Shown piece by piece: positions 27,160-37,923 of a stretch of 41,683 bases of DNA. The stretch lies in NCBI GenBank assembly GCA_038279365.1, contig JAYODI010000053.1, positions 1 through 41,683 of the forward strand, read 5' to 3'. The notes beneath the pieces are model-generated. The model did no database searches. It was not told the origin of the DNA and was given only the letters and a program-made list of their open reading frames with translations. This stretch comes from Candidatus Latescibacterota bacterium. Lineage in GTDB: Bacteria; Latescibacterota; UBA2968. Both the position numbers and the translations under genes were made by a program. Each line of letters begins with the position of its first letter. The first letter of the stretch is position 1.

Positions 27160-29148
27160 TTACACACCGTACAAATAATGCCCTTGCCCACCCGGAAACC
27201 AAATGGCGTCTACGATCCAAGCAATGCCAAGGCCCAGATAAAAACCGATCATGAGGCCAAAGAAGAATGGGAGTACACGTTTGTAGAGGGCTTGGCCACC
27301 TATTTTGAGAATGATGACTTTGAGTGCCCAGGCAATGAAGATGGTGAGGGCGGTGTTGCGTACCATTTGCACACCCGCAATGGGATACCCCAATGGGGCA
27401 ATGGGCCACCACGTAAAGCGATAGCGCAAGAAGGTGAGCAAGCCCATCACAATGGCACCAATGCCCATAAAGGTGAGGCGTTTGGTGTCGGCATCAAAGG
27501 GGTTGCGCATTTTGGCATCTATGTTGTTAAAGGGCAATACTCCTGCCGATTGGAAGAGCCAACGGTCCATGTTGTAAGCACCAATGGTATAGCCCATATA
27601 GATGGTATATGAAATAGAGCAAATGAGGGCCATGACCAAAGAACCGACAATGGCCAAGAGGATGGCTTTGCGCCCTACTTTGATGCGATCTACGAGTTTG
27701 GCCGCGTGGGCTGCAGAAACGATGAATGTGGCCTTCAGATCGCTAAACCAACTGTAACTGAGGGCAAGTGAGGTGAGCGGGCCCAAGGTGACGTGCAGGT
27801 TTGTGCCCAGTGAGAAGATGGCAAATGATTGAGCCAAGAGCGGGGGGCGTGCAAAGACCAGACCGCCTTCTATCACGATGCGGGCGATACCCAAATAGGT
27901 GATGTAAACGGCGGGAATAAACAGTAAAAGGGTTAAGACTGAGAACCCTGAGGCATATAACCAAGCGGTGAGGTAGATGAGCGCACCAATAAAGCCAAAT
28001 ACGGCGGTGCGGTAGGAGAGCATTTCGTCGCTGTCGTCTATGTTGGCGTCTTTGTGCCAAGCTTTTCGCCACGTGTTTTTAAGGTGTTCTCTGGCAATCC
28101 ATAAACCCCAAATGACGAGCACAGCCAAAGCACCAAATCCTTGCCAAGAAAGGGCGGCGTGTTGGGTGCCATAGGGGTCAGGTGCGGTCATGGCCAAACC
28201 GAATCGGTTGTAAAGGCCCATTTGAAGCACGCTGAGTAAGTAGAAAAACCAGAGTGAAAAAGCCACTTGCACATTGATCAGATACGCAAAACCGAGCACG
28301 GGAAAATAGAGACGCACAGGAATGCTGGGGTATTCGCGACCAAAGCTGATGGGGGCGCCATCAAGCGGAATGGTGGGCCAATGTGGGGCAAAAAATCCGA
28401 CAATGTTCCATAACACAATAAAAAGAGGAATGGAAAAACCAACCCAGAAAAGATTGTTGCGCATAAAGGGTGGTAAGAAGCCAGGTTGTTCGGCTTTTTC
28501 GGTCATTTGTAAGGGCACTTCTATGAGTGGATAAGGCAAACGTTCTTGTTCGATCCACTGTTTGCGCAACAATACCACGAGGCAGATGCAGGAAAACAAA
28601 ACGGCGGCAATAAGAGACAACCACCAAAAAAGGGGCATCACCCATGCTTGCCAAGGCATAACTTGGTCTTTGGGCAGGCCTTCGTAAAACCAGCGGATAA
28701 CTTGGCCTTTGCTGTCGTTGGGTGTTAACCAAGTGGGAATGGCACTGTGAATGGTATCTGCCCAACCATTTTCGGAGGTGGCATAATAAAAGGGTGAGGT
28801 GATGGTGGTGAGCAAAGTGCCGGTAAGACCAATGGTTGGAATGGTGGTGGCTACCATGCCCATGGCAAAGATGATGATGAGTTCGGGGCGTGTGAGGCCA
28901 TAGGTGGGGCGTAGGGCCTTGAGTGTGCCGTTGATGAGGGTGACGAGGATGAGAAAAGGAAACACCAAGCCCAAAGGCATAAAGTCACTGGCGAGGTAGG
29001 TGGAACGCAAAAAGTGTTTGGAATAAGGTGCGGCAATATTGATAAGTGCCGAAAGACTTAAGCCCCATAGGGCAGATCGTAAGGTGAGGCCGGCATAGGG
29101 GGGGCGTTTGGATGTCAGGTGGGGTGTTTCGGTTTGCATGGCAGACAT
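27160..29148 (-). CDS. Polytopic membrane protein, DUF6785/DUF6784 type (putative transporter)
   Basis: Many hydrophobic helices; LLRKQWIEQERLPYPL, WWPIAPLGY, PFFFGLMIG patterns. Confidence 0.75.
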   Translation of the reverse strand: MSAMQTETPHLTSKRPPYAGLTLRSALWGLSLSALINIAAPYSKHFLRSTYLASDFMPLGLVFPFLILVTLINGTLKALRPTYGLTRPELIIIFAMGMVATTIPTIGLTGTLLTTITSPFYYATSENGWADTIHSAIPTWLTPNDSKGQVIRWFYEGLPKDQVMPWQAWVMPLFWWLSLIAAVLFSCICLVVLLRKQWIEQERLPYPLIEVPLQMTEKAEQPGFLPPFMRNNLFWVGFSIPLFIVLWNIVGFFAPHWPTIPLDGAPISFGREYPSIPVRLYFPVLGFAYLINVQVAFSLWFFYLLSVLQMGLYNRFGLAMTAPDPYGTQHAALSWQGFGALAVLVIWGLWIAREHLKNTWRKAWHKDANIDDSDEMLSYRTAVFGFIGALIYLTAWLYASGFSVLTLLLFIPAVYITYLGIARIVIEGGLVFARPPLLAQSFAIFSLGTNLHVTLGPLTSLALSYSWFSDLKATFIVSAAHAAKLVDRIKVGRKAILLAIVGSLVMALICSISYTIYMGYTIGAYNMDRWLFQSAGVLPFNNIDAKMRNPFDADTKRLTFMGIGAIVMGLLTFLRYRFTWWPIAPLGYPIAGVQMVRNTALTIFIAWALKVIILKIGGQALYKRVLPFFFGLMIGFYLGLGIAWIVDAIWFPGGQGHYLYGV

Positions 29149-29266
29149 AATTGTGTACCTGTGCGTATAAAGTGGACCACAACGTAAATTTTTCGGGTTG
29201 TTTTCTTATTATGTATGCATTAATCTAAATCATCATTTTCATATCACATCACCCGGGGGGGGATTT

Positions 29267-31594
29267 ATGAAGTATTATCTGTGGTTTCTGATGGTGTTGT
29301 TTTTTGTATCACCTGCCATGGCCAATTTTGATACGCAGATGTTGAAAACATTGTATGAAGATTTGAATGCGGTCGATTTGGATGAAAGCCGTGTTGTGCG
29401 TATTCAAAATATCACATTCAAACGCGATGTGGGACATTTTTTCTTACAAGAGGGCGTTTTGTGTTTTTTAAAGCCTGTTTCTGTCAATGGCAAGATGCGT
29501 ACGACTGGTGCCATTTTTATGGGCACGGGTGTGTTTTCTTATGTGCCACCCACACAAATAGAACGCGAGCAGTTGGCTCGTTTTTTTAAGGTCGAGCGCC
29601 GAGATGTCATGTTTGAAATTTTGTATTTGCGGTTTACGGATGATACCGAACGTGTTTTGATGGATGGGGTGACTGTTGACGGTATGGAATTGCCACGTGC
29701 AATGTCTGAAGAAAAGGCCTATTGTGACAAGTATTTTCTTGAGCCACGCAATGATGATGTTGCGTTTCATTTGGTGCGCAGTTTGATTGATGAGAAAAAA
29801 GAAGGCTGTTTTTATGCCCATATTGGCGAACACAAGAGCCAAGGAGCAGGTGTTGTGGCACGTCCTGAATTTTTCTTTTATAACCCATATGAAGAAGAAG
29901 AAGTGCAATTTCAAAACCGAAGATCTGCCGATCATTATATTCGACAAACGGTGAATCAGTTTCATTGTGAAAACGATTATATTTCTCAAATAGACTTTTC
30001 AAGTGAAGACAAAGATGTTGTGCAGCCCGTACATTATGCGATTGATGCCGCGGTCAATTGGAAGGGGCATTTTAAAGCCAAGGTCGATGTCACATTAAAA
30101 GGGCTGCGTGATTCGACACATGTGTTGCAATTTTTATTGTATCCAGGGCTTACGGTTGATACAGTAACCGATCCGTCGGGAACGGTGTTGGCTCATTCAG
30201 AAGGCAATGGTGAGGTTGAGTTGTTGGTGTTTTTAAATACACCAATTCATCAAGGTGATGAGGTTGTGTTGTCTTTTGTTTATGAAGGTGATATGCTGAA
30301 ACAGATTGGTGGCAACTTTCATCTTAAATCAAGTGGGTTGTGGTTTCCACGTATTGGTGGTGGCAAAAAAGCAACATTTGATATGACGTTCCGCACGCCT
30401 CAAAATTTGAAATTTGTGGCTGTTGGTGAATTGGTTTCCGAAAAAAAAGAAGGAAAAGAATGGGTCACCCATTGGGTGCAAAAAGAACCAACCGCCAATA
30501 TGTCGTTTAATATGGGGCCGTTTCAATCGCGTAAGATCAAAAACAAAACGGGCGATGAAGTAACTGTGATGATGTCTAAAGAAGGACATGGGGATATTGC
30601 ACGATATTTAGGGGCACAAGGCATCGCTTCGGGTAAAAATATGGACAAAGAGGTGGGAGCCGATTTGGTAAACAGCATGGCTTTTTTTACCCATTGGTTT
30701 GGCCCTATTGATTATAAAAAGATTGTAGCAACCGAAATTCCTGCCGGACATGGTGAGGCTTTTCCTGGTTTTTTGCATTTGTCGTGGCAAACATTTCAAG
30801 TGTCTGATAAGTGGGGGTATAATGCGTTGTTTCGTGCCCATGAGGCCGCACATATGTGGTGGGGATTAACGGTTGATCACAAAACGTATCACGATCAATG
30901 GTTGAGTGAGGGGTTTGCAACGTATTCGGGGCTTTGGTATGTGTTGAATGGCTTGCAAAATTCAAAAGATTTTTTTCGCATTTTGGAAGAATGGCGCGAT
31001 GAAATTTTTAATACGCGCAATTATGTATTGGGCAGTGGTGCTGAGTCGGGCCCTATTTCATTGGGGTATCGCACCAGTTCTACGGAGACTCAAGGTGATT
31101 TTAATTTGATTGTATACAAAAAAGGTGCGTATGTGTTGCATATGTTGCGCAATATGATGATGGATTTGAATACGATGCGCGATGATGTCTTTTTGGAGAT
31201 GATGAAAGATTATGTGGCAACCTATCGCGGCAAGGAAGTGACGACGGAAGATTTTAGGCGGGTGGTTGAAAAACATATGGGTGAAGATATGGGTTGGTTT
31301 TTTGATCAGTGGGTTTATGGTACGGAATTGCCCTCTTATCAGTTTGCTTATTTTCCATCTCGGCAACCAGATGGTACTTATTTGGTCAATTGTGAGGTGA
31401 AGCAAGAAAATGTATCAAAAGATTTTAAGATGTATGTGCCACTGACCATTGTGTTTGAGGGCAATCAGTTGGCGCGTATGCGGGTGTTGATTGATGGACC
31501 TAAGACCTCATTTGATTTGCCTCCATTGCCGATGCGCCCCGAGAAGATCGTGTTCAATGATTTTCATTCGGTATTGGCAGAGGTGAAGCAGTAG
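29267..31594 (+). CDS. Exported M1-family (gluzincin) aminopeptidase-like protein
   Basis: Signal peptide ending AMA, AHEAAHMWWG...WLSEGFATY, YKKGAYVLHMLR, WFFDQWVY. Confidence 0.88.
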   Translation: MKYYLWFLMVLFFVSPAMANFDTQMLKTLYEDLNAVDLDESRVVRIQNITFKRDVGHFFLQEGVLCFLKPVSVNGKMRTTGAIFMGTGVFSYVPPTQIEREQLARFFKVERRDVMFEILYLRFTDDTERVLMDGVTVDGMELPRAMSEEKAYCDKYFLEPRNDDVAFHLVRSLIDEKKEGCFYAHIGEHKSQGAGVVARPEFFFYNPYEEEEVQFQNRRSADHYIRQTVNQFHCENDYISQIDFSSEDKDVVQPVHYAIDAAVNWKGHFKAKVDVTLKGLRDSTHVLQFLLYPGLTVDTVTDPSGTVLAHSEGNGEVELLVFLNTPIHQGDEVVLSFVYEGDMLKQIGGNFHLKSSGLWFPRIGGGKKATFDMTFRTPQNLKFVAVGELVSEKKEGKEWVTHWVQKEPTANMSFNMGPFQSRKIKNKTGDEVTVMMSKEGHGDIARYLGAQGIASGKNMDKEVGADLVNSMAFFTHWFGPIDYKKIVATEIPAGHGEAFPGFLHLSWQTFQVSDKWGYNALFRAHEAAHMWWGLTVDHKTYHDQWLSEGFATYSGLWYVLNGLQNSKDFFRILEEWRDEIFNTRNYVLGSGAESGPISLGYRTSSTETQGDFNLIVYKKGAYVLHMLRNMMMDLNTMRDDVFLEMMKDYVATYRGKEVTTEDFRRVVEKHMGEDMGWFFDQWVYGTELPSYQFAYFPSRQPDGTYLVNCEVKQENVSKDFKMYVPLTIVFEGNQLARMRVLIDGPKTSFDLPPLPMRPEKIVFNDFHSVLAEVKQ

Positions 31595-31703
31595 GGGCAG
31601 GGAGAAGAAAGAGGAGAGACGTGTGCGATTATTGATATTAAAAATTGCTGTTGTCGGCTTCGTCTGTGAAAAATTAAAATGATCTCTTTCTGTCTTTCTG
31701 GTT

Positions 31704-33224
31704 TTATTGGCGTTTTATCCACAAGACCCAATCGCCCATATCGGGTGCGGTGAGGGTTTGGTTGTTACCCGGTATTTCTAATGGGGTGTGCCAGAGCCCT
31801 GTGGTGGGGCAATACCATCGGGCCGTATATTGTCCTTCGGGCAGTTGAATGGTGATGTTGGGAATGGTTTCACCCACGTCATCGGTTTCGGGTGTGTCTC
31901 CCGATGGGTTGGCGAGGTATATCAGGTAGGTATCGTTGGTGTGGGCGCATTTGTATAACAAGGGTGTGTTGCCCACACGTGCATCGTTGGGCATGAAGTT
32001 GACAAGTGTTAGGCCGGTGTCGTTGAAGAATGTGCGAATGTGGATGAGATCATTTGCCCCTATGAGTTTGCCTGCACGGGCGGCTTCGTAATACCCTTGC
32101 ATGCCTTTGACGTTGGTGTCATAGGCTTCGTGTGTCGAAAGACCACCATAAGTTGTGTGCCCCCCCGAGAGCAAGCTGGCCCAAAAGAGACGGCGAAAGA
32201 AATAGCGTGGGTGTTGGGGCGCACGATAGTGTTCATAGCGGTCTTCGTCATTGATGACGGGGGCCGTTGTTTTTTGGCGGTAGTCGAGAATGATTTGGCC
32301 GTGTACTTGATCGAGGTCTTCGAGGGTGACCATGTCAGACCATTCGGCATTGGGAAATGAATACCCTTTAAAACGACATTGATGGTTGGTGAGCAAGGTG
32401 CCCCACGGCTCACGGGCTCTCATATCACGGGCGATTTGGTGAATGGTTTTTTCATGCACTTTTCGACCGGATAAGTCTTGGTTGTCTGGCACAATTTCAC
32501 GGTCATTAGAGACACACCAAATAACGTTGGGCAAGGCCGAAAAGCGTGCTTGTGCATAACGAGCGATCCATTGGGAAAGGGGATCGCTGTTGTAGCGCAA
32601 CAACTCGGCGGTGTCTTCACCGTAGGGAATGAGCTTGAAGATGATGTGAGGATGGTGATTGAGTGCGTAGATAAGTCGACGATCTATTTCTTGCCAGTAG
32701 GGCAAGTTGAGCGAGGTGCGCTCGGGGTTGAATAAGGCTTGGACGTCGCTGCGGCCTCGGCAAAACCAGGTGCGAATTTTGGTGAATCCAGCAGCCGATG
32801 CTTGGTCAATGTAGGCTTGCCACTCGGGTTCGGTGTCGGTGACGTAACGATACCCTGTGTCACCGATGTGCAAAAACCAGTCGCCATTTTGATAGGCAAA
32901 TTGATAAGGGTCTTGAGGGTGAATGGTCAGTTGACCATTGAGGTTGGATGGGATAACGCTAAAGTTGCCCGTTTGGGTGTTGAGGTCACGCAGATTCGAT
33001 GCGGTTGTCCAGGTCCAGGTGCCTACTTGATCGGCATAGGCACGTGCGCTGTAGATGTTTTTACCGGTATAAAAACCTTCAGTGGTGACGGTTGTGTTGT
33101 CTGGGCGGGTGAAGGTGATTGTGAAGTCTGTGTCGAATATGGGGTGATTGTCTGACTCGGCAGTGAGGGTGATTTCATAGACGCCGTAATGAGGTACCTG
33201 ATTCGGGTTTTGAGAGAGATTCAT
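31704..33224 (-). CDS. DUF5060/DUF4038 (apiosidase-like) glycoside hydrolase with C-terminal beta domain
   Basis: EGFY.G...Y.AR, F.HIGDT.Y, GFTKIR, ARFSALPNVIW, GGHTTYG, ARWYCPTTG, DWVLWI. Confidence 0.75.
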   Translation of the reverse strand: MNLSQNPNQVPHYGVYEITLTAESDNHPIFDTDFTITFTRPDNTTVTTEGFYTGKNIYSARAYADQVGTWTWTTASNLRDLNTQTGNFSVIPSNLNGQLTIHPQDPYQFAYQNGDWFLHIGDTGYRYVTDTEPEWQAYIDQASAAGFTKIRTWFCRGRSDVQALFNPERTSLNLPYWQEIDRRLIYALNHHPHIIFKLIPYGEDTAELLRYNSDPLSQWIARYAQARFSALPNVIWCVSNDREIVPDNQDLSGRKVHEKTIHQIARDMRAREPWGTLLTNHQCRFKGYSFPNAEWSDMVTLEDLDQVHGQIILDYRQKTTAPVINDEDRYEHYRAPQHPRYFFRRLFWASLLSGGHTTYGGLSTHEAYDTNVKGMQGYYEAARAGKLIGANDLIHIRTFFNDTGLTLVNFMPNDARVGNTPLLYKCAHTNDTYLIYLANPSGDTPETDDVGETIPNITIQLPEGQYTARWYCPTTGLWHTPLEIPGNNQTLTAPDMGDWVLWIKRQ

Positions 33225-33251
33225 TGGAGACCTTTTTGGATGTGAAGTCGA

Positions 33252-34232
33252 TCAGGCTTGGCCTGGGCCTTTATAGGGGCGACCAAAAGGCAAACCAAAG
33301 GGTTCGCAGAAGGGCCGAAATGGAACCAATGCGGCGATGTCATCGAGGCGGTTTAAAATGTCTGTGGGAAGAGGGCCTTTTTCGATGGCGGCAATGTTGG
33401 ACTCAACTTCTTGTGTTGAGCGCGCCCCCATGAGGGTGGTATGGATATGTGGGTTTGAAATAACAAAGCGGATGGCGCATTCGGCGATGGGCATGTTGAT
33501 TTCGTCGAGGAAGGCATAGAGGGCGCGATATTGGTTGCGACGAGGTGGGCTTAACCAACGGGCATTGTCGAGCAAATCGTCATAACGACGGGCCAGTGCG
33601 CCTTGTTGGAGGGGGGAGCCTACAATGATGCCCATGCCTTGTTCTGTGGCTGCAGGGAGGACTTCGTGCTCGGCTTCTCGCCAGAGTAGGCTGTAGTTAA
33701 AGGCGGTGAGAACAACATCAAATTTGCCGGTGCGAATGAGGTCTGTCATTTCGTAGGCGGTGGTGCCACCAATGCCTATGGCCGAGATGGTGCCGTCTTT
33801 TTTTAAGTCTTGTAAGAGGTCCAGCGCAGGGCCATTGAAGTGCTCGGGGTCTGTCCACCAGTCATATTGACGGGGGCGATCTGGTTCGTGAATGATAAAG
33901 ATGTCGATATGGTCGCGGTTTAAGAGGCGCAGACTTTCTTCAACGGATTGTTCGAGGCACGTGCGATTTTGGGGTTCAAAAGGTTGTGGCCGGCCACCAA
34001 GTTTGGTGGAAAGTATAAGGGGGGCATGGATATCTTGGAGGATTTGGCCAAGCACTTTTTCGCTGTCCATATAGTTGGGTGCCGTGTCGGCATAGGTGAC
34101 ACCCAATTCAATGGCGCGGTGAACGGCTTGGTGGGCCTGTTTAAATTCGGCATTTTTGGTGGCAATAAAAAGCCCACCCATACCCAAGCGGCTCACTTCG
34201 AGATTGGTTTTACCGAGTTGGCGTTTCTCCAT
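33252..34232 (-). CDS. Aldo/keto reductase
   Basis: LGKTNLEVSRLGMG, DTAPNY, STK, SLRLL..DHID...IH, SPLQQG. Confidence 0.92.
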   Translation of the reverse strand: MEKRQLGKTNLEVSRLGMGGLFIATKNAEFKQAHQAVHRAIELGVTYADTAPNYMDSEKVLGQILQDIHAPLILSTKLGGRPQPFEPQNRTCLEQSVEESLRLLNRDHIDIFIIHEPDRPRQYDWWTDPEHFNGPALDLLQDLKKDGTISAIGIGGTTAYEMTDLIRTGKFDVVLTAFNYSLLWREAEHEVLPAATEQGMGIIVGSPLQQGALARRYDDLLDNARWLSPPRRNQYRALYAFLDEINMPIAECAIRFVISNPHIHTTLMGARSTQEVESNIAAIEKGPLPTDILNRLDDIAALVPFRPFCEPFGLPFGRPYKGPGQA

Positions 34233-34235
34233 GGT

Positions 34236-36044
34236 TTACTCCGTGATGGGTGTGAAACTCACCACCAGACTAAAGCGCAAGATGTCTCCAATATGGACAA
34301 CGAGTTTTTTGATGTTGCTGTTGTCGGCTTGGTCTGGCTTGGGTGATGTGGAAAGGGGTTCGGCATCCATCACATCAAATTCTGCCAAAGAGGGGCCGTC
34401 TTCTATTTTGATTTGCAATTTTTTACCATTTTGAGTGAGGATGGCTTTTCTAAATGTGAAGTCAATTTCAATGTCTGCGTGGGTGTGTAAAAACCACCAA
34501 AAATCTGTATGGTCGCTGTTTTCGATTTCATCTGTGACAACCACTCTTTGTCGTTCTTGCATTTCGAAGGTACGAATGACGCGGTGTGATGTTTCCGAAT
34601 AGGCATCTGAAAGATCGACCACGGCAGTTGCATTTTCTTTGGATGAACGAAAGGAGATGATGGGGGCTGTTGCGTCTAATTTTTGCCCCGCATTTTCATT
34701 GGGATTAAAAAGGGGCACATTGTGGCCTTCGGCACGAATGCGGTAAAACTCCCATTTTTCGCGTTTGTTGCGGTGGCGTTGATAAGTTTCAGAGTCATTG
34801 CCACAGTCAATGATCCAACGTTCACCGAGGGCTTCAAGAATAAAAGAACCCAAATCGACGTGGCGATGCATGCCTAAGTTGGCATTGTTGCCTCCTTGAA
34901 TACCCACAGACAGTGCGTTGGGATCTGTCCAAGAACTGCGCATAGAAGCGACATTGGCCTCGCGGAAGTGTTTGTCGAGTTTGAGTGTTTTTGGGTCAAA
35001 GTCTTTGCCTTTTTCGTCAAACCATAAAAAGTCGAGTACTTTGGCATCTTGATGCCCGCCCGCCAATTCGCTGTATCGAAACCAACTGTATTCTGGCTTT
35101 TTATATTTTTTCCCCATCCAAAAATGCATGGGGGTGCCCATACGGCGCAGACCGCAATCTGAAAAGTTATACGATTGACGTGTGGCACCTGATATATACA
35201 TTTGATATTGGCCACTTTCTTTGAAGCCAGGAATCTTAGAAAGGCCAAAGTCTGTGCCCAATGCGGTTTCGAGCGATGAGAGATAGAGCAGGTTGTAGCG
35301 CGAACCATAATCCCAATAGGTGACACCTTCTGTACCTGCGCCATCAGGGGCATAGTGTTTCATGGGCAAAGGAATGCTTTGAATGGCATGGTGTAAGATG
35401 GTTTTGGCCAAATCGGGGTCTTGATCGGCAATGACGAGTGCGCCCATGCTGAGACCACTGTTGCAAACTTGGTTCCAGTTGTTTTGGTTTAAATCCCAGC
35501 GATGGCCCACATTGCCATTGTAGACGTCCAAACCGGGCTTAAGACCCTTTTCGATAATGGCGTTTTGCATGGTTTCTTTTTGGGCGTCTGACCATTGATC
35601 GTTTAACCAATCGAGGCTCATGGCCACAGCATAGGTCATCTCAGCGGTGTCGAGAAAGTGCGACGGGTTCCAGTCTTGAAAGTTGCAGGCGGCCTCTATT
35701 TCGGCCCATGTGCGATCTACATATTGATCGCCACCTTCCATGAGGTGGATAAACATGAGTGCTCGCACACGTTCTTTTACCCTGCGGCTTACCGATAACA
35801 ATCGACGTCCATCGGGTATTTCATAGTGCGAAGGTGCTTCGGTTAAAATGGCATCGGTTTCGTTTTTAAGGTGTTCATACCATTTTGGCGCGTGGGGATC
35901 TGTGTTTAATATCTTTTGAACATTGTCAACCGTATTTTCGTTAATGATAATTCGGGGATGACCACTTTTGAGGGTGGCCAACATTTCTTCCCCAGTGGGT
36001 GCTTGTTCTGAGGGTTTACCATTTATGGTATACTGCCAAGGCAT
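34236..36044 (-). CDS. Heparinase II/III-family protein (no signal peptide)
   Basis: HPRI, DWNPSHFLDTAEM, NNWNQVCN, PDGAGTEGVTYW.Y, HRHVDLGSF, EGHN. Confidence 0.85.
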   Translation of the reverse strand: MPWQYTINGKPSEQAPTGEEMLATLKSGHPRIIINENTVDNVQKILNTDPHAPKWYEHLKNETDAILTEAPSHYEIPDGRRLLSVSRRVKERVRALMFIHLMEGGDQYVDRTWAEIEAACNFQDWNPSHFLDTAEMTYAVAMSLDWLNDQWSDAQKETMQNAIIEKGLKPGLDVYNGNVGHRWDLNQNNWNQVCNSGLSMGALVIADQDPDLAKTILHHAIQSIPLPMKHYAPDGAGTEGVTYWDYGSRYNLLYLSSLETALGTDFGLSKIPGFKESGQYQMYISGATRQSYNFSDCGLRRMGTPMHFWMGKKYKKPEYSWFRYSELAGGHQDAKVLDFLWFDEKGKDFDPKTLKLDKHFREANVASMRSSWTDPNALSVGIQGGNNANLGMHRHVDLGSFILEALGERWIIDCGNDSETYQRHRNKREKWEFYRIRAEGHNVPLFNPNENAGQKLDATAPIISFRSSKENATAVVDLSDAYSETSHRVIRTFEMQERQRVVVTDEIENSDHTDFWWFLHTHADIEIDFTFRKAILTQNGKKLQIKIEDGPSLAEFDVMDAEPLSTSPKPDQADNSNIKKLVVHIGDILRFSLVVSFTPITE

Positions 36045-36102
36045 GGGTTATAACTCCTGACGGGTTTTGCAAAGAAATAAAGGGTACTGGTTTTTGATGC
36101 GT

Positions 36103-37923
36103 TTAATTGTTTTGTGGTGTCAATTTGACTTTGATCGTAAGGTCTGTAACGCCTGTTAGATGAATGGCTAATTTGCGTCGGTTTTTGTTGTCGGCTTGTT
36201 CTGGCGTTGGGGATGTGGGCAGTGGTTTGGCATTCATCACTGAAAATGTGGCGTTGGCCGGTGATATAATTTCTGCTGTTAAGGTTTTGCCATTTTGGGT
36301 CAATATGGCAGTTGATCCATTGGGTGTCACATCGGCTTCTGTGTGCATAAACCAATAGAGTTCGGATGGCGATTTGGCTTGAATATCATCTGTGATGATG
36401 ATGTGTTGGCGGTCTATCATTTCAAAGGTGCGTTTTGCTTGTTTTACATGGTCGGTATAAACATCGGTTAGGTCAAGTGTTGTCAGCGCTTTGTTGGGTG
36501 TCGATTCAAATGTGGTCACTGGACATTTGGCTTTTGGGTTTTGGTCGGGGCCATTTTGTGGGTTAAATACCAGTGTGTTGTGACCTTCGGCACGAATGCG
36601 GTAAAATTCCCATCGTTGGCGTTTGTTGCGGTGGCGTTGGTAGGTTTCTCTTTCAGTACCCGAGTCGATTGCCCAGCGTTCTCCTAAGGCTTCGAAGATG
36701 AAGGTGCCTTGGTCGAGGTGTCGGTGTTGCCCCAAGTTGAGGTTGCCACCGGCTTGGATGCCAAGGGCAAGTGCATTGGGGTCTGTCCAAGAACTGCGCA
36801 TAGAGGTGACATCGGCTTTGCGAAAGTGTTTGTCGAGTGGGGTGGCAGATGGGTCAAAAGTTGTGGCGCTGTTGTCAAACCAGAGCAAATCAAGAATACT
36901 ACCTCGGCCGTATTGGCGCAGGGTGTCGTATCGGAACCATGAGTAATGCGGTTGGTTGTATTGGTGCCCCATCCAAAAGTGCATAGGTGTGGAAACGCGT
37001 GTATAACCACAATCGGCAAAGTTGAAGGACATCCGCTGGGCACCTGAGATATAGATGTGATAGGCACCACTTTCTTTAAATCCTGAAAGATCGGATAGAC
37101 CAAAATCTGTACCCAAAGCCGTGTTGAGTGAGGAGAGGTAGAGGATGTTGTAACGCGATCCATAAGACCAATAGGTGACGCCTTCGACGCCTGCACCATC
37201 GGGTGCATAAAAGGTCATGGCAAGAGGGATGCTTTTAAGGCCAGAATGAAGAATTTCGGTGGCCAATTCGGGAATGTGTTCGGCAATGGCCAGTGCACCC
37301 ATACCCATACCGCCATTGCACACTTGGTTCCAGTTGTTGTGGTTTTGCACCCACCAATTGCCTTTGCGATAGATTTCAAGGCCTGGTTTGAGGCCTTTTT
37401 CGACAATGGCTTCTTGCATGATACGGCGTTGTTCGTCGGTCCACTGATCATATAACCAATCATAGGCCGTTGCAAAAGCATAGGTCATTTCGGCGGTGTC
37501 GAGAAAGTGAGGGGGGTTCCAGTCTTTAAATGCAGCTGCGGCTTCAATTTCTGCCCAAACGCGATCCACATATTGTTGTCCACCATCTAAGAGGTAGATA
37601 AGTGCAAGGGTGCGCACCCGTTCTTTCACGCGGCGGCTAACGGAAAGCAAACGTCGTCCGTCGGGAATTTCGTATATGGAGGGTTTTTGCGTGAGGTATT
37701 GGTCGGCTTGGCGTTTGACACGGCGATAAATATCAGCGGCTACGCTGTCTTGGGCAATTATGGTTTTGATACGGGGAATGGTTTGGCTGTCGATGATCAA
37801 ACGAGGATGATCTTTTTTGAGGGTTTTGAGGATCTCATTGGGATGAGGAGGAGTAAATTCGGCAGCGTGAATGGAGGTGCCGAGCATCAATAGGATTGAG
37901 AATGTGAGGATCATTTTTTTCAT
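36103..37923 (-). CDS. Heparinase II/III-family protein (Sec signal peptide)
   Basis: MKK plus hydrophobic core ending IHA-A; same motifs as the downstream paralog. Confidence 0.85.
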   Translation of the reverse strand: MKKMILTFSILLMLGTSIHAAEFTPPHPNEILKTLKKDHPRLIIDSQTIPRIKTIIAQDSVAADIYRRVKRQADQYLTQKPSIYEIPDGRRLLSVSRRVKERVRTLALIYLLDGGQQYVDRVWAEIEAAAAFKDWNPPHFLDTAEMTYAFATAYDWLYDQWTDEQRRIMQEAIVEKGLKPGLEIYRKGNWWVQNHNNWNQVCNGGMGMGALAIAEHIPELATEILHSGLKSIPLAMTFYAPDGAGVEGVTYWSYGSRYNILYLSSLNTALGTDFGLSDLSGFKESGAYHIYISGAQRMSFNFADCGYTRVSTPMHFWMGHQYNQPHYSWFRYDTLRQYGRGSILDLLWFDNSATTFDPSATPLDKHFRKADVTSMRSSWTDPNALALGIQAGGNLNLGQHRHLDQGTFIFEALGERWAIDSGTERETYQRHRNKRQRWEFYRIRAEGHNTLVFNPQNGPDQNPKAKCPVTTFESTPNKALTTLDLTDVYTDHVKQAKRTFEMIDRQHIIITDDIQAKSPSELYWFMHTEADVTPNGSTAILTQNGKTLTAEIISPANATFSVMNAKPLPTSPTPEQADNKNRRKLAIHLTGVTDLTIKVKLTPQNN

